A stretch of 64,000 bases of DNA from Gemmatimonadales bacterium (GTDB lineage: Bacteria; Gemmatimonadota; Gemmatimonadetes; Gemmatimonadales; GWC2-71-9). The notes under the pieces were generated by a model. It worked only from the letters and a program-made list of their open reading frames with translations. It did not search any database and was not told the DNA's origin. This document shows positions 9,880 to 21,375 of the stretch, in pieces. The stretch covers positions 1 through 64,000 of the forward strand of contig JBDIWC010000017.1 of the NCBI GenBank assembly GCA_039794085.1, read 5' to 3'. Position numbers and translations under genes: made by a program. The stretch's first letter is position 1. Each line of letters begins with the position of its first letter.

Positions 9880-10899
9880 TCAGACGAACTGGATGCCGGT
9901 CCCCATCGTCACGGCACCGACCCGCCATGCGGGGGTACTCGTCTTCCCGGCCGCCGTGATCACCTCCGCCGCGTCGTTCTCCGCGACGGCCGCGATCATC
10001 CCGACGCCCAGGTTGAACACATCCCGCATCTCCTCCGTGCTCACCTGTCCCGCGTCCGCGAGGAGCTGAAAAAGCGGCGGCCAGGTCCACGAGCCGGTGT
10101 CGATCACGGCACCCACCCCCCCGGGAAGCACCCGGGCCAGGTTGCCCGCGATGCCGCCTCCGGTGATATGGGCGAGGCCATGGACCCGGGAGAGAATCGG
10201 GCGGAGCAACCCGTCGTAACTGCGATGGACGGTGAGGAGCGCGTCGGCTACGGTCGTGTCGAGGCCGGGAAGGAGTGCATCCACCGTGAGGCCGAGCCGG
10301 TCGAAGAGGATGTGGCGGGCAAGGGTGTAGCCGTTGGTGTGGAGGCCCGTGGACCCGAGGGCCACCAGCACGTCCCCGGGAACGATCCGGTCCCCGTGCA
10401 GAGCGCTGGTCCCCTCCACCACGCCCACGATTGTACCGGCCAGGTCGAAGTCTCCGTGACGGTACAACCCGGGCATCTGCGCTGTTTCCCCCCCGGCGAG
10501 GGCCATGCCGTGGGCCCGACAGCCCCGGGCCACTCCCTCCACCAGTGCGGCCACCTCCTCCACGCCCAGGCCGGCGCCGGCCAGATAGTCGAGGAAGGCG
10601 AGCGGGAGGGCGCCATGGACCAGGATGTCATTGACGCTGTGATTCACCAGATCCTCGCCCACGGTGTCGAGACGCCCGGTGTCGCGCGCCACCAGCACCT
10701 TGGTCCCCACGCCGTCGGTGCTCATCACCAGCACCGGATCGGTGTAGCCGGGCGGAATCCGGACCATCCCTCCGAAGGCCCCGACCGCTCCGACCGAATG
10801 CAGGGTCCGGGCGCTCCTCACCGCCTCGGCGATGCGGGCCTTGGCGCGGTCCGCCGCCTCCAGGTCGACTCCCGCCGCCGCATACTGCCGTTCGGTCAC
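9880..10899 (-). CDS. purM: phosphoribosylformylglycinamidine cyclo-ligase
   Basis: YAAAGVD, TDGVGTK, GGETAQMPG, GLHTNGY, HITGGG, FNLGVGM. Confidence 0.97.
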   Translation of the reverse strand: MTERQYAAAGVDLEAADRAKARIAEAVRSARTLHSVGAVGAFGGMVRIPPGYTDPVLVMSTDGVGTKVLVARDTGRLDTVGEDLVNHSVNDILVHGALPLAFLDYLAGAGLGVEEVAALVEGVARGCRAHGMALAGGETAQMPGLYRHGDFDLAGTIVGVVEGTSALHGDRIVPGDVLVALGSTGLHTNGYTLARHILFDRLGLTVDALLPGLDTTVADALLTVHRSYDGLLRPILSRVHGLAHITGGGIAGNLARVLPGGVGAVIDTGSWTWPPLFQLLADAGQVSTEEMRDVFNLGVGMIAAVAENDAAEVITAAGKTSTPAWRVGAVTMGTGIQFV

Positions 10900-11816
10900 A
10901 GCACCTGCTCCGCCCGGTCCACGTGGGTGAGATCGGCAAACTGGGCCACGCGCCGCTGAATGTCCGCGGTCGTGATGCGGTCGAACCCCTTGATGCCGAA
11001 CCCGGCCACCGCGTACGAGCCCATCGCGGATCCGTAGACCATCGCATGCCGGAGGTGTTCCCCCGTCAGATCCGCCCGACGGGCCAGGTAGGCCATGAAT
11101 CCCCCGGCGAAGGCGTCGCCCGCCCCGGTGGGATCGAACACCTCCTCCAGCGGCCAGGCCGGGGCGTAGAAGGTCCGGCCCGGCTCCATGAGGATGGCGC
11201 CGTGTTCCCCCTGCTTGATCACCACCCGCTTGGGACCCTTCGAGAGGATCCAGCGGCCCGCCCGGTGGATGTTCCAGTCCCCGGAGAGTTCGCGGGCCTC
11301 GCTGTCGTTCACCATCAGGATGTCGACCCGCGTGAGAAGCTCGAGCAGGGTATCCTTCTTCGACTGGATCCAGTAGTTCATGGTATCACAGGCGATGATG
11401 GCCGGCTGCACCATCTGGTCGAGAACGCTGAGTTGCAGCTCGGGGTCGATGTTGCCGAGGAAGACGAAACGCGCCGCCCGGAAATGGGCCGGAAGCGTCG
11501 GCTGAAAATCGGCGAATACGCCCAGTCGGGTGTCCAGGGTTTCCCGGCTCTGCAGGTCGTAGGAATACTTCCCCTTCCACCGAAAGCTCTCCCCCTCGGC
11601 GTGTTCCACCCCGCTCCAGTCGATCCCGCGCTCGGCGAGCCGGTCGAGTTCGTGTGTCGGGTAGTCGGAACCCACCACGCCCACCACCTGGACCGGGGCG
11701 AGGAGCGAGCCGGCCACGCTGAAGTACACGGCCGAGCCGCCGATCGCATCGGCGGTTTCCCCGAAGGGGGTGTGAATCGAGTCGAGGGCCACACTGCCGA
11801 CAACGAGCAGGCTCAT
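10896..11816 (-). CDS. PfkB-family carbohydrate/nucleoside kinase
   Basis: GGSA motif, NDSEA, DPTGAGDAFAGG. Confidence 0.92.
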   Translation of the reverse strand: MSLLVVGSVALDSIHTPFGETADAIGGSAVYFSVAGSLLAPVQVVGVVGSDYPTHELDRLAERGIDWSGVEHAEGESFRWKGKYSYDLQSRETLDTRLGVFADFQPTLPAHFRAARFVFLGNIDPELQLSVLDQMVQPAIIACDTMNYWIQSKKDTLLELLTRVDILMVNDSEARELSGDWNIHRAGRWILSKGPKRVVIKQGEHGAILMEPGRTFYAPAWPLEEVFDPTGAGDAFAGGFMAYLARRADLTGEHLRHAMVYGSAMGSYAVAGFGIKGFDRITTADIQRRVAQFADLTHVDRAEQVL

Positions 11817-11818
11817 GA

Positions 11819-13453
11819 TTACATCCGATCGGGGGCGGAAATGCCGAGGACGGTGAGTCCATTGGCGAGGACGATGCGGGCAGCCTGCGCAAGAGCCAGA
11901 CGCGCGCTCTCGACGGAGGGAGGTTCACCGAGGACCCGGCACCGGTGGTACCACCCGTGCGCGGTCCGGGCGAGGTCCTCGAGATAGGCGGTGACCTGGT
12001 GGGGCTCCCGGTCGCGGGCGGCCCGGTCGACGAGGTCGGGGAAGAGCATGAGCTTCTTGAGAAGCTCGGTGTCCTCCGGGGCCGGAAGGTCCGCGGGGTT
12101 CCCGTCGGTGATCACGGCGGGATCGCGCTCGGCGGTGCGGAAGATGCCGCTCATCCGGGCATGGGCCATCTGCACGTAGAAGACGGGATTCTCGTCGGTC
12201 TGCCGGGTGGCGAGTTCCACGTCGAACACAAACTGGGCATCGTGACGCCGCATCAGGAAGAAATAGCGGGCGGCATCCACGCCGACCTCATCCACCAGCT
12301 CCCGCAGGGTGACAAAGTCGCCCGCCCGCTTGGACATCTTCACTTCCTCCCCGCCTCGGACCACCTTCACCAATTGGACCAGGGCCACTTCGAAGAAGGA
12401 GTCGGGATATCCCAGTGCCCTCAAGGCGGCGCGCATCCGCGGGATATAACCGTGGTGGTCGGCTCCCCAGACATCGATGGCCAGGGTGAAGCCCCGGGTG
12501 TGCTTGTCCCGATGGTAGGCGATGTCGGGCACCAGGTAGGTCAGCGACCCGTCCGACTTCCGGAGAACCCGGTCCTTGTCGTCTCCAAAGCGGCTGGTGC
12601 GGAGCCAGAGCGCCCCCTCCGCCTCGAACGTGAGCCCCCGCTGGGCGAGTTCCGCGAGCGTGTCCTCCACCTTTCCGTCGTCGTACATCGCCTGCTCCGA
12701 GCCCCACACGTCGAAGTGTACCCGGAGGTCCCGCAGGAGGGTGTCCTGTTCGTCCCGCTGGGTGCGGAGAGCGAACGCCCGGCAGAGCGAAAGGGCCTCG
12801 GCCCGGTCGCGGTCGGCGAGGGCAGGTCCCTCCTCCGCCAGCAGAGCGCTCGCGGCCTCCACCAGGTACTCCCCATGGTATCCTCCCTCCGGGATGGACG
12901 CCTCCTGCCCGGCCTGCTGCCGGACCCGGGCGAGGAGGCTCTCCGCCAACCGGTCGATCTGGACCCCCGCGTCGTTGATGTAGAACTCCCGCGTCACGTC
13001 GTGACCGGTCCACTCCAGAAGGGAGGCGATGGCGTCTCCGAGTGCGGCGCCCCGCCCGTGCCCGACATGCAGGGGTCCGGTTGGGTTGGCGGACACGAAC
13101 TCCACGTTCACCCGCTGGTCGGCGCCGACGGTGGATCGGCCCCAGGACGGGCCGTCACGCAGAATGGTCTGCAATGCCGAGCGGAGAACATCCTCCGCCA
13201 GCCAGAAATTGATGAAACCCGGTCCGGCGATCTCGGTGCGGGCCACGATCCCGTCGGGAAGGGCCAGCGCCGCCACGACCTCCTGCGCCAGGGCGCGGGG
13301 GTTGGTCTTGCGTCCCTTGGCGAGAACCATGGCGAGGTTCGTGGCCCAGTCCCCGTGAGTGGGGTCGCGGGGCCGCTCGAGCACGAAGGGGGCATCCGGC
13401 TCCCCGAGCCCGGCGGCGATCCGTCCCAGTTCGGCGCGGAGGAGATCGCTCAC
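11819..13453 (-). CDS. argS: arginine--tRNA ligase
   Basis: EFVSANPTGPLHVGHGR (HIGH), GADHHGY, KMSKR; GTG start overlaps the upstream stop. Confidence 0.97.
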   Translation of the reverse strand: MSDLLRAELGRIAAGLGEPDAPFVLERPRDPTHGDWATNLAMVLAKGRKTNPRALAQEVVAALALPDGIVARTEIAGPGFINFWLAEDVLRSALQTILRDGPSWGRSTVGADQRVNVEFVSANPTGPLHVGHGRGAALGDAIASLLEWTGHDVTREFYINDAGVQIDRLAESLLARVRQQAGQEASIPEGGYHGEYLVEAASALLAEEGPALADRDRAEALSLCRAFALRTQRDEQDTLLRDLRVHFDVWGSEQAMYDDGKVEDTLAELAQRGLTFEAEGALWLRTSRFGDDKDRVLRKSDGSLTYLVPDIAYHRDKHTRGFTLAIDVWGADHHGYIPRMRAALRALGYPDSFFEVALVQLVKVVRGGEEVKMSKRAGDFVTLRELVDEVGVDAARYFFLMRRHDAQFVFDVELATRQTDENPVFYVQMAHARMSGIFRTAERDPAVITDGNPADLPAPEDTELLKKLMLFPDLVDRAARDREPHQVTAYLEDLARTAHGWYHRCRVLGEPPSVESARLALAQAARIVLANGLTVLGISAPDRM

Positions 13454-13791
13454 TCGCCGCCCGTGGGTCTGGGCGGCTTCGGGGCGCGGGAGGCCTTGGC
13501 GGCAGGGGCGGAAGCGGGTTCGGTGGACGAGGAGGAGGTGGCCTCCGTGCCGGATTCCTTGGGCGCTTCCGTCGGGGCCCCCTCGCTCTCCGGTTTGCGA
13601 GGGCCTTTCCCATCCTTCCCGTAGTCGGTGATGTAGAAGCCCGAACCCTTGAACACGAGGCCCGCGCCCCCGGAGATCTTCCGGGTGGCCACCTTGCCGC
13701 ATTCGGGACACCGGGTACGCGGCTTTTCCGAGATCTTCTGCATGACCTCGAACTCATGATCGTTGGGACAGCGGTATTCGTACGTGGGCAT
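13450..13791 (-). CDS. FmdB-family zinc-ribbon protein
   Basis: MPTYEYRC...CPECG...FKGSGFYITDY. Confidence 0.93.
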   Translation of the reverse strand: MPTYEYRCPNDHEFEVMQKISEKPRTRCPECGKVATRKISGGAGLVFKGSGFYITDYGKDGKGPRKPESEGAPTEAPKESGTEATSSSSTEPASAPAAKASRAPKPPRPTGGE

Positions 13792-13895
13792 CGGGTCTGA
13801 CACTCCTTCAAGATCGCAAACAGCCAAAAAAGTTATGCGGAAAGCAGGTTCCAGACAACCGGACAGGACTCCCGGCGCCGGCCGGGGCGACCGTG

Positions 13896-14558
13896 TCAGG
13901 GATCGGCGGCAAGGGCCGACACATCCACACGGTGGCCTCCCGGGAACCGTGTCAGCCGATGGGGAACGTCCGCCTCCTCCAGGCGGGCAACCTCCCGGGA
14001 CACGACCTCCGGAGTGAGGTAGGGGTCTTCGCGTCCCACCATCAGGTGAAGCGGGGCGCGGAGTGCCTTGCGCAGGTGCGCCAGGTTCAGGTCCGGCGGC
14101 ACGCCACCCCCCCAGAGCACGAGCCGATCCACGGCGAGTGCCCCGTTCACGGCCCAGCGTGCCGCCGTCGCGGCGCCCTGGGAGAATCCATGGACCTCCA
14201 CTCGGAGCGCCGAGGTCGAGAGCCGCGGCACCAGCTCCGCCGCGATCAGGTCCAGGAACCGGATGTAGTCGGTGATCTCGGCATCCCGCTCCAGGCGGGT
14301 CATCCAGCTGGCACCCACCTGATCCTGAGTTCCGCCGACATAGGCCCGGGAGAGTCCTTCAGGAGCCAGGATCACTCGCCCGGGCAAACTGGCCGGGCCA
14401 AATGCGCGGAGGAACCGGTCGGCCGCCTGCAGGTAGCCGTGGCAGACGATCCAGAGCTCCGTCGCCTCGGGGCCGGGTTCGCCCAGGGTGAAATACCGTG
14501 CGGTGCGGGGCACCAGGAGACGGTGAGGCTGCGGCTCCGGTGTCCCGGCTTCATCCAT
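13896..14558 (-). CDS. alpha/beta-hydrolase (phospholipase/carboxylesterase family)
   Basis: HGY, GFSQG nucleophile elbow, D and GGH. Confidence 0.88.
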   Translation of the reverse strand: MDEAGTPEPQPHRLLVPRTARYFTLGEPGPEATELWIVCHGYLQAADRFLRAFGPASLPGRVILAPEGLSRAYVGGTQDQVGASWMTRLERDAEITDYIRFLDLIAAELVPRLSTSALRVEVHGFSQGAATAARWAVNGALAVDRLVLWGGGVPPDLNLAHLRKALRAPLHLMVGREDPYLTPEVVSREVARLEEADVPHRLTRFPGGHRVDVSALAADP

Positions 14559-14982
14559 GGTGCTCGTGGCGCTCCGAGGGACGGACCGAGAGATCGAGGG
14601 CCAGGAAAAGGGTCTTGGCAAAGGGGTAGAAGATCAGGGGCGTCAGGAGAGCCAGCGCCGGGAGCCCGTATTGCAGCAGGGTCCATGGAGGTGAGGGCCA
14701 GGTGAGCAGCAGGGTCCCGATGAACAGCGTGGCGGTCACGCCCTCGGCGAAGAGCAGGTTGAGCCAGAAGCCGCCGAGGGAATACCCGTCCTCCTTGCGG
14801 TTCAGCGTCAGGTGGCAGGAGGGGCACTGGTCGCTGATCCGCACCCACTGCCGAAAGATGGGGCCCCCGCCACAGACGGGGCACCGTCGGCGCAGAGCAC
14901 GCCGGAACAGGGTCCATCGCCCCGGCAGGGGGGGGGCCGGGTCAGGGACGGTAGATGCCGAAGACGTCGCGAAGTGTGTCAC
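14551..14982 (-). CDS. DUF983-family membrane protein (start uncertain)
   Basis: RRCPVCGGG...CPSC followed by two hydrophobic helices. Confidence 0.8.
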   Translation of the reverse strand: MTHFATSSASTVPDPAPPLPGRWTLFRRALRRRCPVCGGGPIFRQWVRISDQCPSCHLTLNRKEDGYSLGGFWLNLLFAEGVTATLFIGTLLLTWPSPPWTLLQYGLPALALLTPLIFYPFAKTLFLALDLSVRPSERHEHHG

Positions 14983-16489
14983 TGATCTCTCCCAGGGTGG
15001 CCCGCACGCGGACCGCCTCGATGATGAAGGGTATGAGCGGGTCGGTGCCCGCGGCGGCCACGCGCAACTGGCCCAGAGCGTCGGCCACGGCGGCGGAATT
15101 TCGAGCGGCGCGGGCGTGGCTCAGGCGGTCACGCTGCCGGGTAGCCAGGGCGCGGAAGTCCGGCGCGGGAGCAATCGGCCGGGTGGAATCGTCGGTGAAG
15201 CGGTTCACCCCGACGATCACCAGGTCCCCCCGTTCCCGGGCCTGCTGCTGTTCCCAGGCGCTCCGTCCAATCGCCTCCTGAAAGTAACCTCGTTCGATGG
15301 CTCGGGCCGACCCGCCCAGCGCGTCGATGTCCTCGACGAGGGCGCGAGCCTCGGCCATGATCCGGTCGGTCAGGGCTTCCACATGATACGACCCGGCCAG
15401 CGGGTCCACCGTGCGGGTGACTCCGCTCTCGTAGGCCAGGATCTGTTGGGTTCGGAGCGCAAGGGTGGCGGCCTCCTCGGTCGGGAGGGAGAGGGCCTCG
15501 TCGTATCCGTTCGTGTGGAGCGACTGCGTACCTCCGAGAACGGCCGCGAGGGCCTGCACCGTGACCCGGACCACGTTGGTGAGGGGCTGCTGAGCCTGGA
15601 GAGTCACCCCCCCCGTCTGGGTATGAAACCGGAGACGGCAGGCGGCATCCCCCGCGGCGTAGCGCTCCCGCAGGAGGAGTGCCCAGAGGGTTCGTGCCGC
15701 CCGGAACTTGGCCGCCTCCTCGAAGAGGTCGTTGTGCGCGGCAAAAAAGAAGGAAAGCCGGGGGGCGAAGCGGTCCACCGGGAGGCCTGCCGCCACGGCG
15801 CGCCCCACGTATTCGAGCGCGTTGGCGAGGGTGAACCCGACCTCCTGGACCGCGGTGGCCCCCGCCTCCCGCATGTGGTAGCCGCTGATGCTGATCGGGT
15901 TGAAATCCATGCCGGCGTCGGCCGTGAAGCGGAAGATGTCCACGATGAGCCGCAGCGACGGCTCCGGCGGGAAGATCCAGGTGCCCCGGGCGATGTACTC
16001 CTTCAGGATGTCGTTCTGAATGGTCCCGGCCAGCTGCGTCCGGGAGACGCCCTGCTCCTCCCCCACCACGACATACATGGCGAGGAGAATCGCGGCGGTG
16101 GCGTTGATGGTCATCGAGGTGGAGACCTGGTCCAGGGGAATCTCCCGAAACAGCTCCGCCAGGTCGTCCACGGTGTCGATGGCCACGCCAACCCGGCCCA
16201 CCTCTCCGTCGGCCATCGGATGATCGGAGTCGTACCCCATCTGGGTGGGAAGGTCGAAGGCGGTCGACAAGCCGGTCTGCCCCGCGGCGAGGAGGGCCCG
16301 GAATCGTTCGTTGGTCTCCGCCGCGGTCCCGAAGCCGGCGTACTGCCGCATGGTCCACGGCCGCCCGGTGTACATGGTCGGATAGATGCCGCGCCGGTAC
16401 GGGAACACGCCGGGCGTGCCAGGGTCCACCGGGGTGGTCGGGGGCCCCACCACCGGATCAACCGGGAGGAGCCCCGGATCGCCACTCAT
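14942..16489 (-). CDS. methylmalonyl-CoA mutase substrate-binding subunit (split type, no B12-binding domain)
   Basis: [42 protein letters not shown]; ends ATLGEISD with no DxHxxG. Confidence 0.93.
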   Translation of the reverse strand: MSGDPGLLPVDPVVGPPTTPVDPGTPGVFPYRRGIYPTMYTGRPWTMRQYAGFGTAAETNERFRALLAAGQTGLSTAFDLPTQMGYDSDHPMADGEVGRVGVAIDTVDDLAELFREIPLDQVSTSMTINATAAILLAMYVVVGEEQGVSRTQLAGTIQNDILKEYIARGTWIFPPEPSLRLIVDIFRFTADAGMDFNPISISGYHMREAGATAVQEVGFTLANALEYVGRAVAAGLPVDRFAPRLSFFFAAHNDLFEEAAKFRAARTLWALLLRERYAAGDAACRLRFHTQTGGVTLQAQQPLTNVVRVTVQALAAVLGGTQSLHTNGYDEALSLPTEEAATLALRTQQILAYESGVTRTVDPLAGSYHVEALTDRIMAEARALVEDIDALGGSARAIERGYFQEAIGRSAWEQQQARERGDLVIVGVNRFTDDSTRPIAPAPDFRALATRQRDRLSHARAARNSAAVADALGQLRVAAAGTDPLIPFIIEAVRVRATLGEISDTLRDVFGIYRP

Positions 16490-17499
16490 TCCCCGTGCTC
16501 CCGCAGCATCTCCATCACGAAGGCCACATCCGCGGCCGACCCGATCACCAGGGGAGTGCGCTGGTGGAGACGGTCGGCCTGGATGTCGAGGATCCGGCGG
16601 GTTCCGTCCGTGGCGGCGCCCCCGGCCTGTTCCGCAATGAACGCCATCGGCGCCGCCTCGTACGAGAGGCGAAGCTTCCCCTCGGGGGCGTGGCGATACC
16701 CCGGATAGAGAAAGATGCCTCCGGCGATGAGGTTGCGGTGGAAGTCGGCCACGAGGGCGCCGATGTACCGGCTCTTCTTCCGTTCCATCCGCTCCGGCAG
16801 ATCGCCGTGGAAGCCGCGCACCGCCATCTGCATCCCGCGGCTCCAGTGCGCATAATTGCTCTCGTTGACGCTGTAATAGGTCCCCCGGGCCGGTGTGCGG
16901 ATGTTTCGATGCGACAGCAGAAACTCCCCGATCGTCGGGTCGAGGGTGAATCCATGCACCCCCTGGCCCGTCGTGTAGACCAGCATCACGCTCGATCCGT
17001 ACAGCACATAGCCTGCCGCCACCTGCTCCGATCCCCGCTGCAGCACGTCCGCCATGGTGCCCGAGCCCTCCATCGACACCCGGCGATAGATGCTGAAGAT
17101 GGTGCCCACCGAGCAGTTGACGTCGATGTTGGAGGAGCCATCCAGGGGATCGAAGAGGATGGCGTACTTCCCATGCCGGTACTGCTCGGGAATCGGGATC
17201 AGTTCCTCATCTTCCTCGCTCGCCATCACACACACCCGCCCGGTGTGACACATCGCGTTCTTCAACGTTTCGTTGGCGAAGATGTCGAGCTTCATCTGCT
17301 CCTCGCCCTGCACGTTGGTCTGCCCGGCCGTGCCGAGAATGTGCACCAGACCCGCCCGCCGAATGGAGGCGGCGATGATCTTGCTGCCCAGGGCGATGTC
17401 GTAGAGCAAATTGGACAACTCCCCCGTGGCATCGGGAAAGTTGCGCTCCTGGTCGATGATGAACCGCTCGATCGTGGTTACGGACGTTCCGTTCAGCAC
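16486..17499 (-). CDS. fbp: fructose-1,6-bisphosphatase class 1
   Basis: [40 protein letters not shown] preceded by AGGAG. Confidence 0.96.
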   Translation of the reverse strand: MLNGTSVTTIERFIIDQERNFPDATGELSNLLYDIALGSKIIAASIRRAGLVHILGTAGQTNVQGEEQMKLDIFANETLKNAMCHTGRVCVMASEEDEELIPIPEQYRHGKYAILFDPLDGSSNIDVNCSVGTIFSIYRRVSMEGSGTMADVLQRGSEQVAAGYVLYGSSVMLVYTTGQGVHGFTLDPTIGEFLLSHRNIRTPARGTYYSVNESNYAHWSRGMQMAVRGFHGDLPERMERKKSRYIGALVADFHRNLIAGGIFLYPGYRHAPEGKLRLSYEAAPMAFIAEQAGGAATDGTRRILDIQADRLHQRTPLVIGSAADVAFVMEMLREHGE

Positions 17500-19775
17500 G
17501 GCGATTGCTCCTGGTGCGCGTGACGACACCCCGCGGCAAACCGGAGGTGCCGGTCCTGCCCGGTCACGGTCACCGACTGCCCGTCGGTGGTGACCGTGAT
17601 CGTTCCCTCTCTATCAGTCCGCCACACCTCGGCCCGGGCCGAGGCGAGACGGGCCAGGGTTTCCGGGGCGGGATGGCCGAACCGGTTGAGGCCCAGACTG
17701 ATGACCGCCACCCGGGGGCTCAGCTCCGCGAGCCACCCGGTCCCGGTGGCGCTCCGGCTCCCGTGGTGCCCCACCTTCAGGACATCGACGCGTCCCACGG
17801 TGCCCGCCAGGTGCTCCTCGGCCGGCCCACCCGCGTCTCCCGCAAGCACCGCCCGGAATGCACCGTACTCCACCAGCAGCATGGCCGAATCCTCGTTCAG
17901 GTCGAGCCCCCAGGCCCGTCGCGTCGTGTCGGGGTGCAACACCCGCCAGCGCACTCCGTCCATTTCCCACTCCTCTCCCGATCGGGCGGCCAGGAGGGGA
18001 ATCCCGAGTTCCTCCACCTGATCGAGCAGGTGACGATACACCGTGTCGGACACCGGAACCACCGGTTCCATCAGCCAACCGGGGCGGAACTGGTCCAGGA
18101 CCACCGAAACCCCGCCCAGGTGATCGAGGTGGGCGTGAGAAACCACCACGCCGGCCAACCGATCCACACCCTGTCGGCGAAGGAATGGCGTCACCACCCG
18201 GCGTCCCGCGTCCCACCGGGGCGATCGGGGGCCGGCGTCCACCAGGACCCAGCGCCCGGCCGGAGTGCGGATCAGGGCGGCGTCTCCCTGTCCCACGTCG
18301 AGAAAATGTAATGCCAGCGTTCCCGGTTCGTGACGGATTGATCGCCAGGCGGTGGGAACCAGGAGCGCCCAGGCGAGTCCCGTCACCACCCAGAGGGTGC
18401 GACGAGCCGCTTCGTTCCGCCGCACGACGCCTCCTCCGGTGACCCACAGCGCCACTCCGAGGGCCACCAGGGGACCTGTGGCCGCGGCCGGACCCGGTTC
18501 CATCACCCATTGCCCGGAGGGGATCCCCGCCCCGTGGGTGGCGAGCCCGGAGAGCAGGTCGAGAAGGGCACCCGCACCCGCCGCCAGTCGAGTGGCCACG
18601 GCCGGGAACACCGGAGCCAGGAGAAGGCCCCCCAGGATGCCGGGGATCATGGTGGCGGCGAGAGGAATGGCCACGAGATTGAGCGCCACCCCGATCGGGG
18701 CCACCGATCCGAACACGACCGCGGTGACCGGTGCCGTCGCCAGGGTGGCGCCGACGGAACTGGCGAGGAGTTGGGTCACGGTTCCGTGGAAACCGGAATC
18801 ACGGCACCAGCGAAGGGCGTATACGGTGCCCCAGACGGCGGCGAACGACAGCCAGGCCCCCGGGGAGAGAAGGGCGGTGGGCTGGAACCAGAAGATGAGA
18901 ACGGCGCTTGTCCCCAACACCCCCGACGGCCTCACTCGGCGTTGCCGCACCCGGGCCCAGGCGGCACAGGAGGTCATGATCGCGGCGCGGGCCGCGGGAA
19001 CGGGCCACCCCAGGGCCGCCGCATACCCCAGCGCCACCAGACCGGCTCCTCCCCAGGCCCACGGCACGGGAGCTCGCAGGAGGCGAAGGAGGAGCAGAAC
19101 CCACCCCGCGACCAGGCCGACGTGGAAGCCGCTGATGGCCAGGAGGTGGGCCAGACCGGAGGCCGCAAAGAGGTCGCGGAGGGCGGGGTCGAGGTTGGTG
19201 CGGCGTCCGATCACCATCGCCTCGACCAGGGGCGCGCGACGCGCTCCGTACTGGACGGCGATCGTGCGCCGAAGCCACTCCTGAATCCGGGCCGGCAGGG
19301 GACGATGGGCGGAGTCCGCCGTCTCGATCCGGCGCAGGACGAGGATGCCGGGTCGCGGACCATTGGGAGCGATCCAGCGGCCTTCTCCCCGCACCCGGGA
19401 CCCCACCACGGGGACCGGTCCCCGGGTCGGCCATCGAGCCCGGATCTCGCCCCGGCAGTGTGCCTCGCGGGGCCGAACCACTCCACCTCCCTCGCTCCCG
19501 TCGACCACCTGGAGGGTCAGGTGCACGGGCCCGGCGCGGAGCCGTGCCTCGCAGCGGGCCTCCTCCCTTCTCAGGGCCAGCATTCCCGAGGCGACGCCCG
19601 CCACCAGGATCGTCGCCACGAACCCGGCCTCCGGGGCCCGTTTCCACAGGAGCAGGGCCACGCCAAGAAGCATTCCGACGCCTCCGGGGGTCCCAAAACG
19701 CAAGAGGCCGGTCAATAGACCGGCCCCGGTGGTGAGCGCAACGAAGGCGACGGTGGGTCGTCGCCGGTGGGTCAT
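17493..19775 (-). CDS. comEC: DNA internalization competence protein ComEC/Rec2
   Basis: [14 protein letters not shown] helices, DVGQGDA, SHAHLDH, KVGHHGS, FGHP. Confidence 0.93.
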   Translation of the reverse strand: MTHRRRPTVAFVALTTGAGLLTGLLRFGTPGGVGMLLGVALLLWKRAPEAGFVATILVAGVASGMLALRREEARCEARLRAGPVHLTLQVVDGSEGGGVVRPREAHCRGEIRARWPTRGPVPVVGSRVRGEGRWIAPNGPRPGILVLRRIETADSAHRPLPARIQEWLRRTIAVQYGARRAPLVEAMVIGRRTNLDPALRDLFAASGLAHLLAISGFHVGLVAGWVLLLLRLLRAPVPWAWGGAGLVALGYAAALGWPVPAARAAIMTSCAAWARVRQRRVRPSGVLGTSAVLIFWFQPTALLSPGAWLSFAAVWGTVYALRWCRDSGFHGTVTQLLASSVGATLATAPVTAVVFGSVAPIGVALNLVAIPLAATMIPGILGGLLLAPVFPAVATRLAAGAGALLDLLSGLATHGAGIPSGQWVMEPGPAAATGPLVALGVALWVTGGGVVRRNEAARRTLWVVTGLAWALLVPTAWRSIRHEPGTLALHFLDVGQGDAALIRTPAGRWVLVDAGPRSPRWDAGRRVVTPFLRRQGVDRLAGVVVSHAHLDHLGGVSVVLDQFRPGWLMEPVVPVSDTVYRHLLDQVEELGIPLLAARSGEEWEMDGVRWRVLHPDTTRRAWGLDLNEDSAMLLVEYGAFRAVLAGDAGGPAEEHLAGTVGRVDVLKVGHHGSRSATGTGWLAELSPRVAVISLGLNRFGHPAPETLARLASARAEVWRTDREGTITVTTDGQSVTVTGQDRHLRFAAGCRHAHQEQSPC

Positions 19776-19779
19776 GGGG

Positions 19780-20058
19780 TCATGGCTGCTTCTCCCGGCC
19801 GCAGCGGGGGGCCAGGTGGATGCGGCGGAAGGCGTCCAGCAGGACCACGTCGATGTCGGTCCGATTCTGCGACCGGTCGAGACTGAGCTCACTGATGACC
19901 GTCCCTTCCCGGCTCGCGACGTAGCGGGCGGGGAGCCGGTTCAACGCGTACACCAGCACGTCCGCCCGGCAGATGTCACACCCGCAGAAATCCGGGAAGT
20001 GACCCTTGAGAGCGTTGAACGCATCGAGCACGTGCTCCTGCACCAGGTTGCGAATCAT
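19780..20058 (-). CDS. comFB: ComFB-family protein
   Basis: MIRNLVQEHV...CGCDICRADVLVYALNRLPARYV. Confidence 0.85.
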   Translation of the reverse strand: MIRNLVQEHVLDAFNALKGHFPDFCGCDICRADVLVYALNRLPARYVASREGTVISELSLDRSQNRTDIDVVLLDAFRRIHLAPRCGREKQP

Positions 20059-21368
20059 GACAACACCGCCAGGGAGGGAGTGTCCACGACGCCGGTGAAT
20101 GTGGAACCCGTGGTTCCGGTAAGACGGGCTCGGCACCAGGTTCCCAGATGCTCGGGGCCGAGCGGAAGCAGCACCAGATGATTGCCCCGGGTGCGGCCCA
20201 GAAGCAGGTCGCCCCGGCGGGCCTTCCGCTCCACCAGCACCTCCTGCACCGTGCCGACCCGGGTGGCGTTGCGACGCCGCGCCTGGGTGCGCACCACCTC
20301 GATCAGGCGGGCAAGCCGGTCGGCGGCGACCTCCTCCGGGACGTGGTCGGCGAGGCGGACCGCGGGCGTGCCCTCGCGCACCGAATACCGGAAGGTGTAG
20401 GCATCGTCAAACCCGGCCTCCTCCACCAGGGAGAGGGTCTCGCCAAACTGGGCTTCGGTTTCGCCCGGAAAACCCACGATGATGTCCGTGGAGAAGGTGA
20501 TCGCGGGCAGGGCGGCCCGAAGCCGGCCCACCACGTCGAGATAGACTTCGCGGGTATAGCGCCGGAGCATTCGGCGCAACACGGCGTTGGACCCGCTCTG
20601 CACGGGCAGGTGCACGTGCTCGCACACGGATGGGGTCTCGGCCATCGCGGCGATCACCCGGTCGGTGAAGTCGGTGGGGTAGGGGCTCGTGAACCGCACC
20701 CGCCGGATGCCGTCCACCGCGCCGACGGCGCGAAGCAGGTCCCCGAAATCGTGGGTGCCATCGTTCCAGCTGTTGACCGTCTGCCCGAGTAGCGTCACCT
20801 CGCGGGTTCCGGTGCTCGAGAGCATCGCGACTTCCCGCACCACATCCGCGAGGGCGCGGCTCCGTTCCGGTCCCCGGGTGGTCGGAACGATGCAGAACGT
20901 GCACCGATAATCACACCCCCGTTGCACGGTGACGAAGGCCGTGGGCCCCGGTTCCCGGATGGCCGGCACATCCTCGTAATGCTCCCAGGACCGGAACTCG
21001 GTGTCCACGCTCCGTTCTCCCGCGGCGGCGGCGCGGATCAGGTCGGGCAGGTTGCGGTAGGCATCCGGGCCCACCACCAGGTCCACCCGGGGAACCTGGG
21101 CCAGGAGGGCGGGACCGAGGCGCTGGGCCATGCACCCCACCACCCCGAGCACATCCCCCGGCCGTTTGTGGCGCTGCAACTCGCCCATGCGGCCGATCAC
21201 CCGCTGCTCCGCATGATCGCGGACCGCGCAGGTGTTGACCAGCATCACGTCCGCGTCCTCCGGGGTCTCGGTCCGGGAAAAACCGTCACGCGCCAGCACG
21301 CCGAACATCGACTCGGTGTCGGCCACGTTCATCTGGCATCCGTAGGTCTCGATATAGACGCGTCGCAT
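20055..21368 (-). CDS. miaB: tRNA i6A37 methylthiotransferase
   Basis: TYGCQMN, NTCAVR, CDYRCTFC radical-SAM motif, HLPVQSGS, TRAM tail. Confidence 0.96.
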   Translation of the reverse strand: MRRVYIETYGCQMNVADTESMFGVLARDGFSRTETPEDADVMLVNTCAVRDHAEQRVIGRMGELQRHKRPGDVLGVVGCMAQRLGPALLAQVPRVDLVVGPDAYRNLPDLIRAAAAGERSVDTEFRSWEHYEDVPAIREPGPTAFVTVQRGCDYRCTFCIVPTTRGPERSRALADVVREVAMLSSTGTREVTLLGQTVNSWNDGTHDFGDLLRAVGAVDGIRRVRFTSPYPTDFTDRVIAAMAETPSVCEHVHLPVQSGSNAVLRRMLRRYTREVYLDVVGRLRAALPAITFSTDIIVGFPGETEAQFGETLSLVEEAGFDDAYTFRYSVREGTPAVRLADHVPEEVAADRLARLIEVVRTQARRRNATRVGTVQEVLVERKARRGDLLLGRTRGNHLVLLPLGPEHLGTWCRARLTGTTGSTFTGVVDTPSLAVLS

Positions 21369-21375
21369 CGATGGC

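Noticed and set aside
14942..16489. Mutase lacking a B12-binding domain as a pseudogene
   Set aside because: Split two-subunit mutases are well known and the ORF is intact
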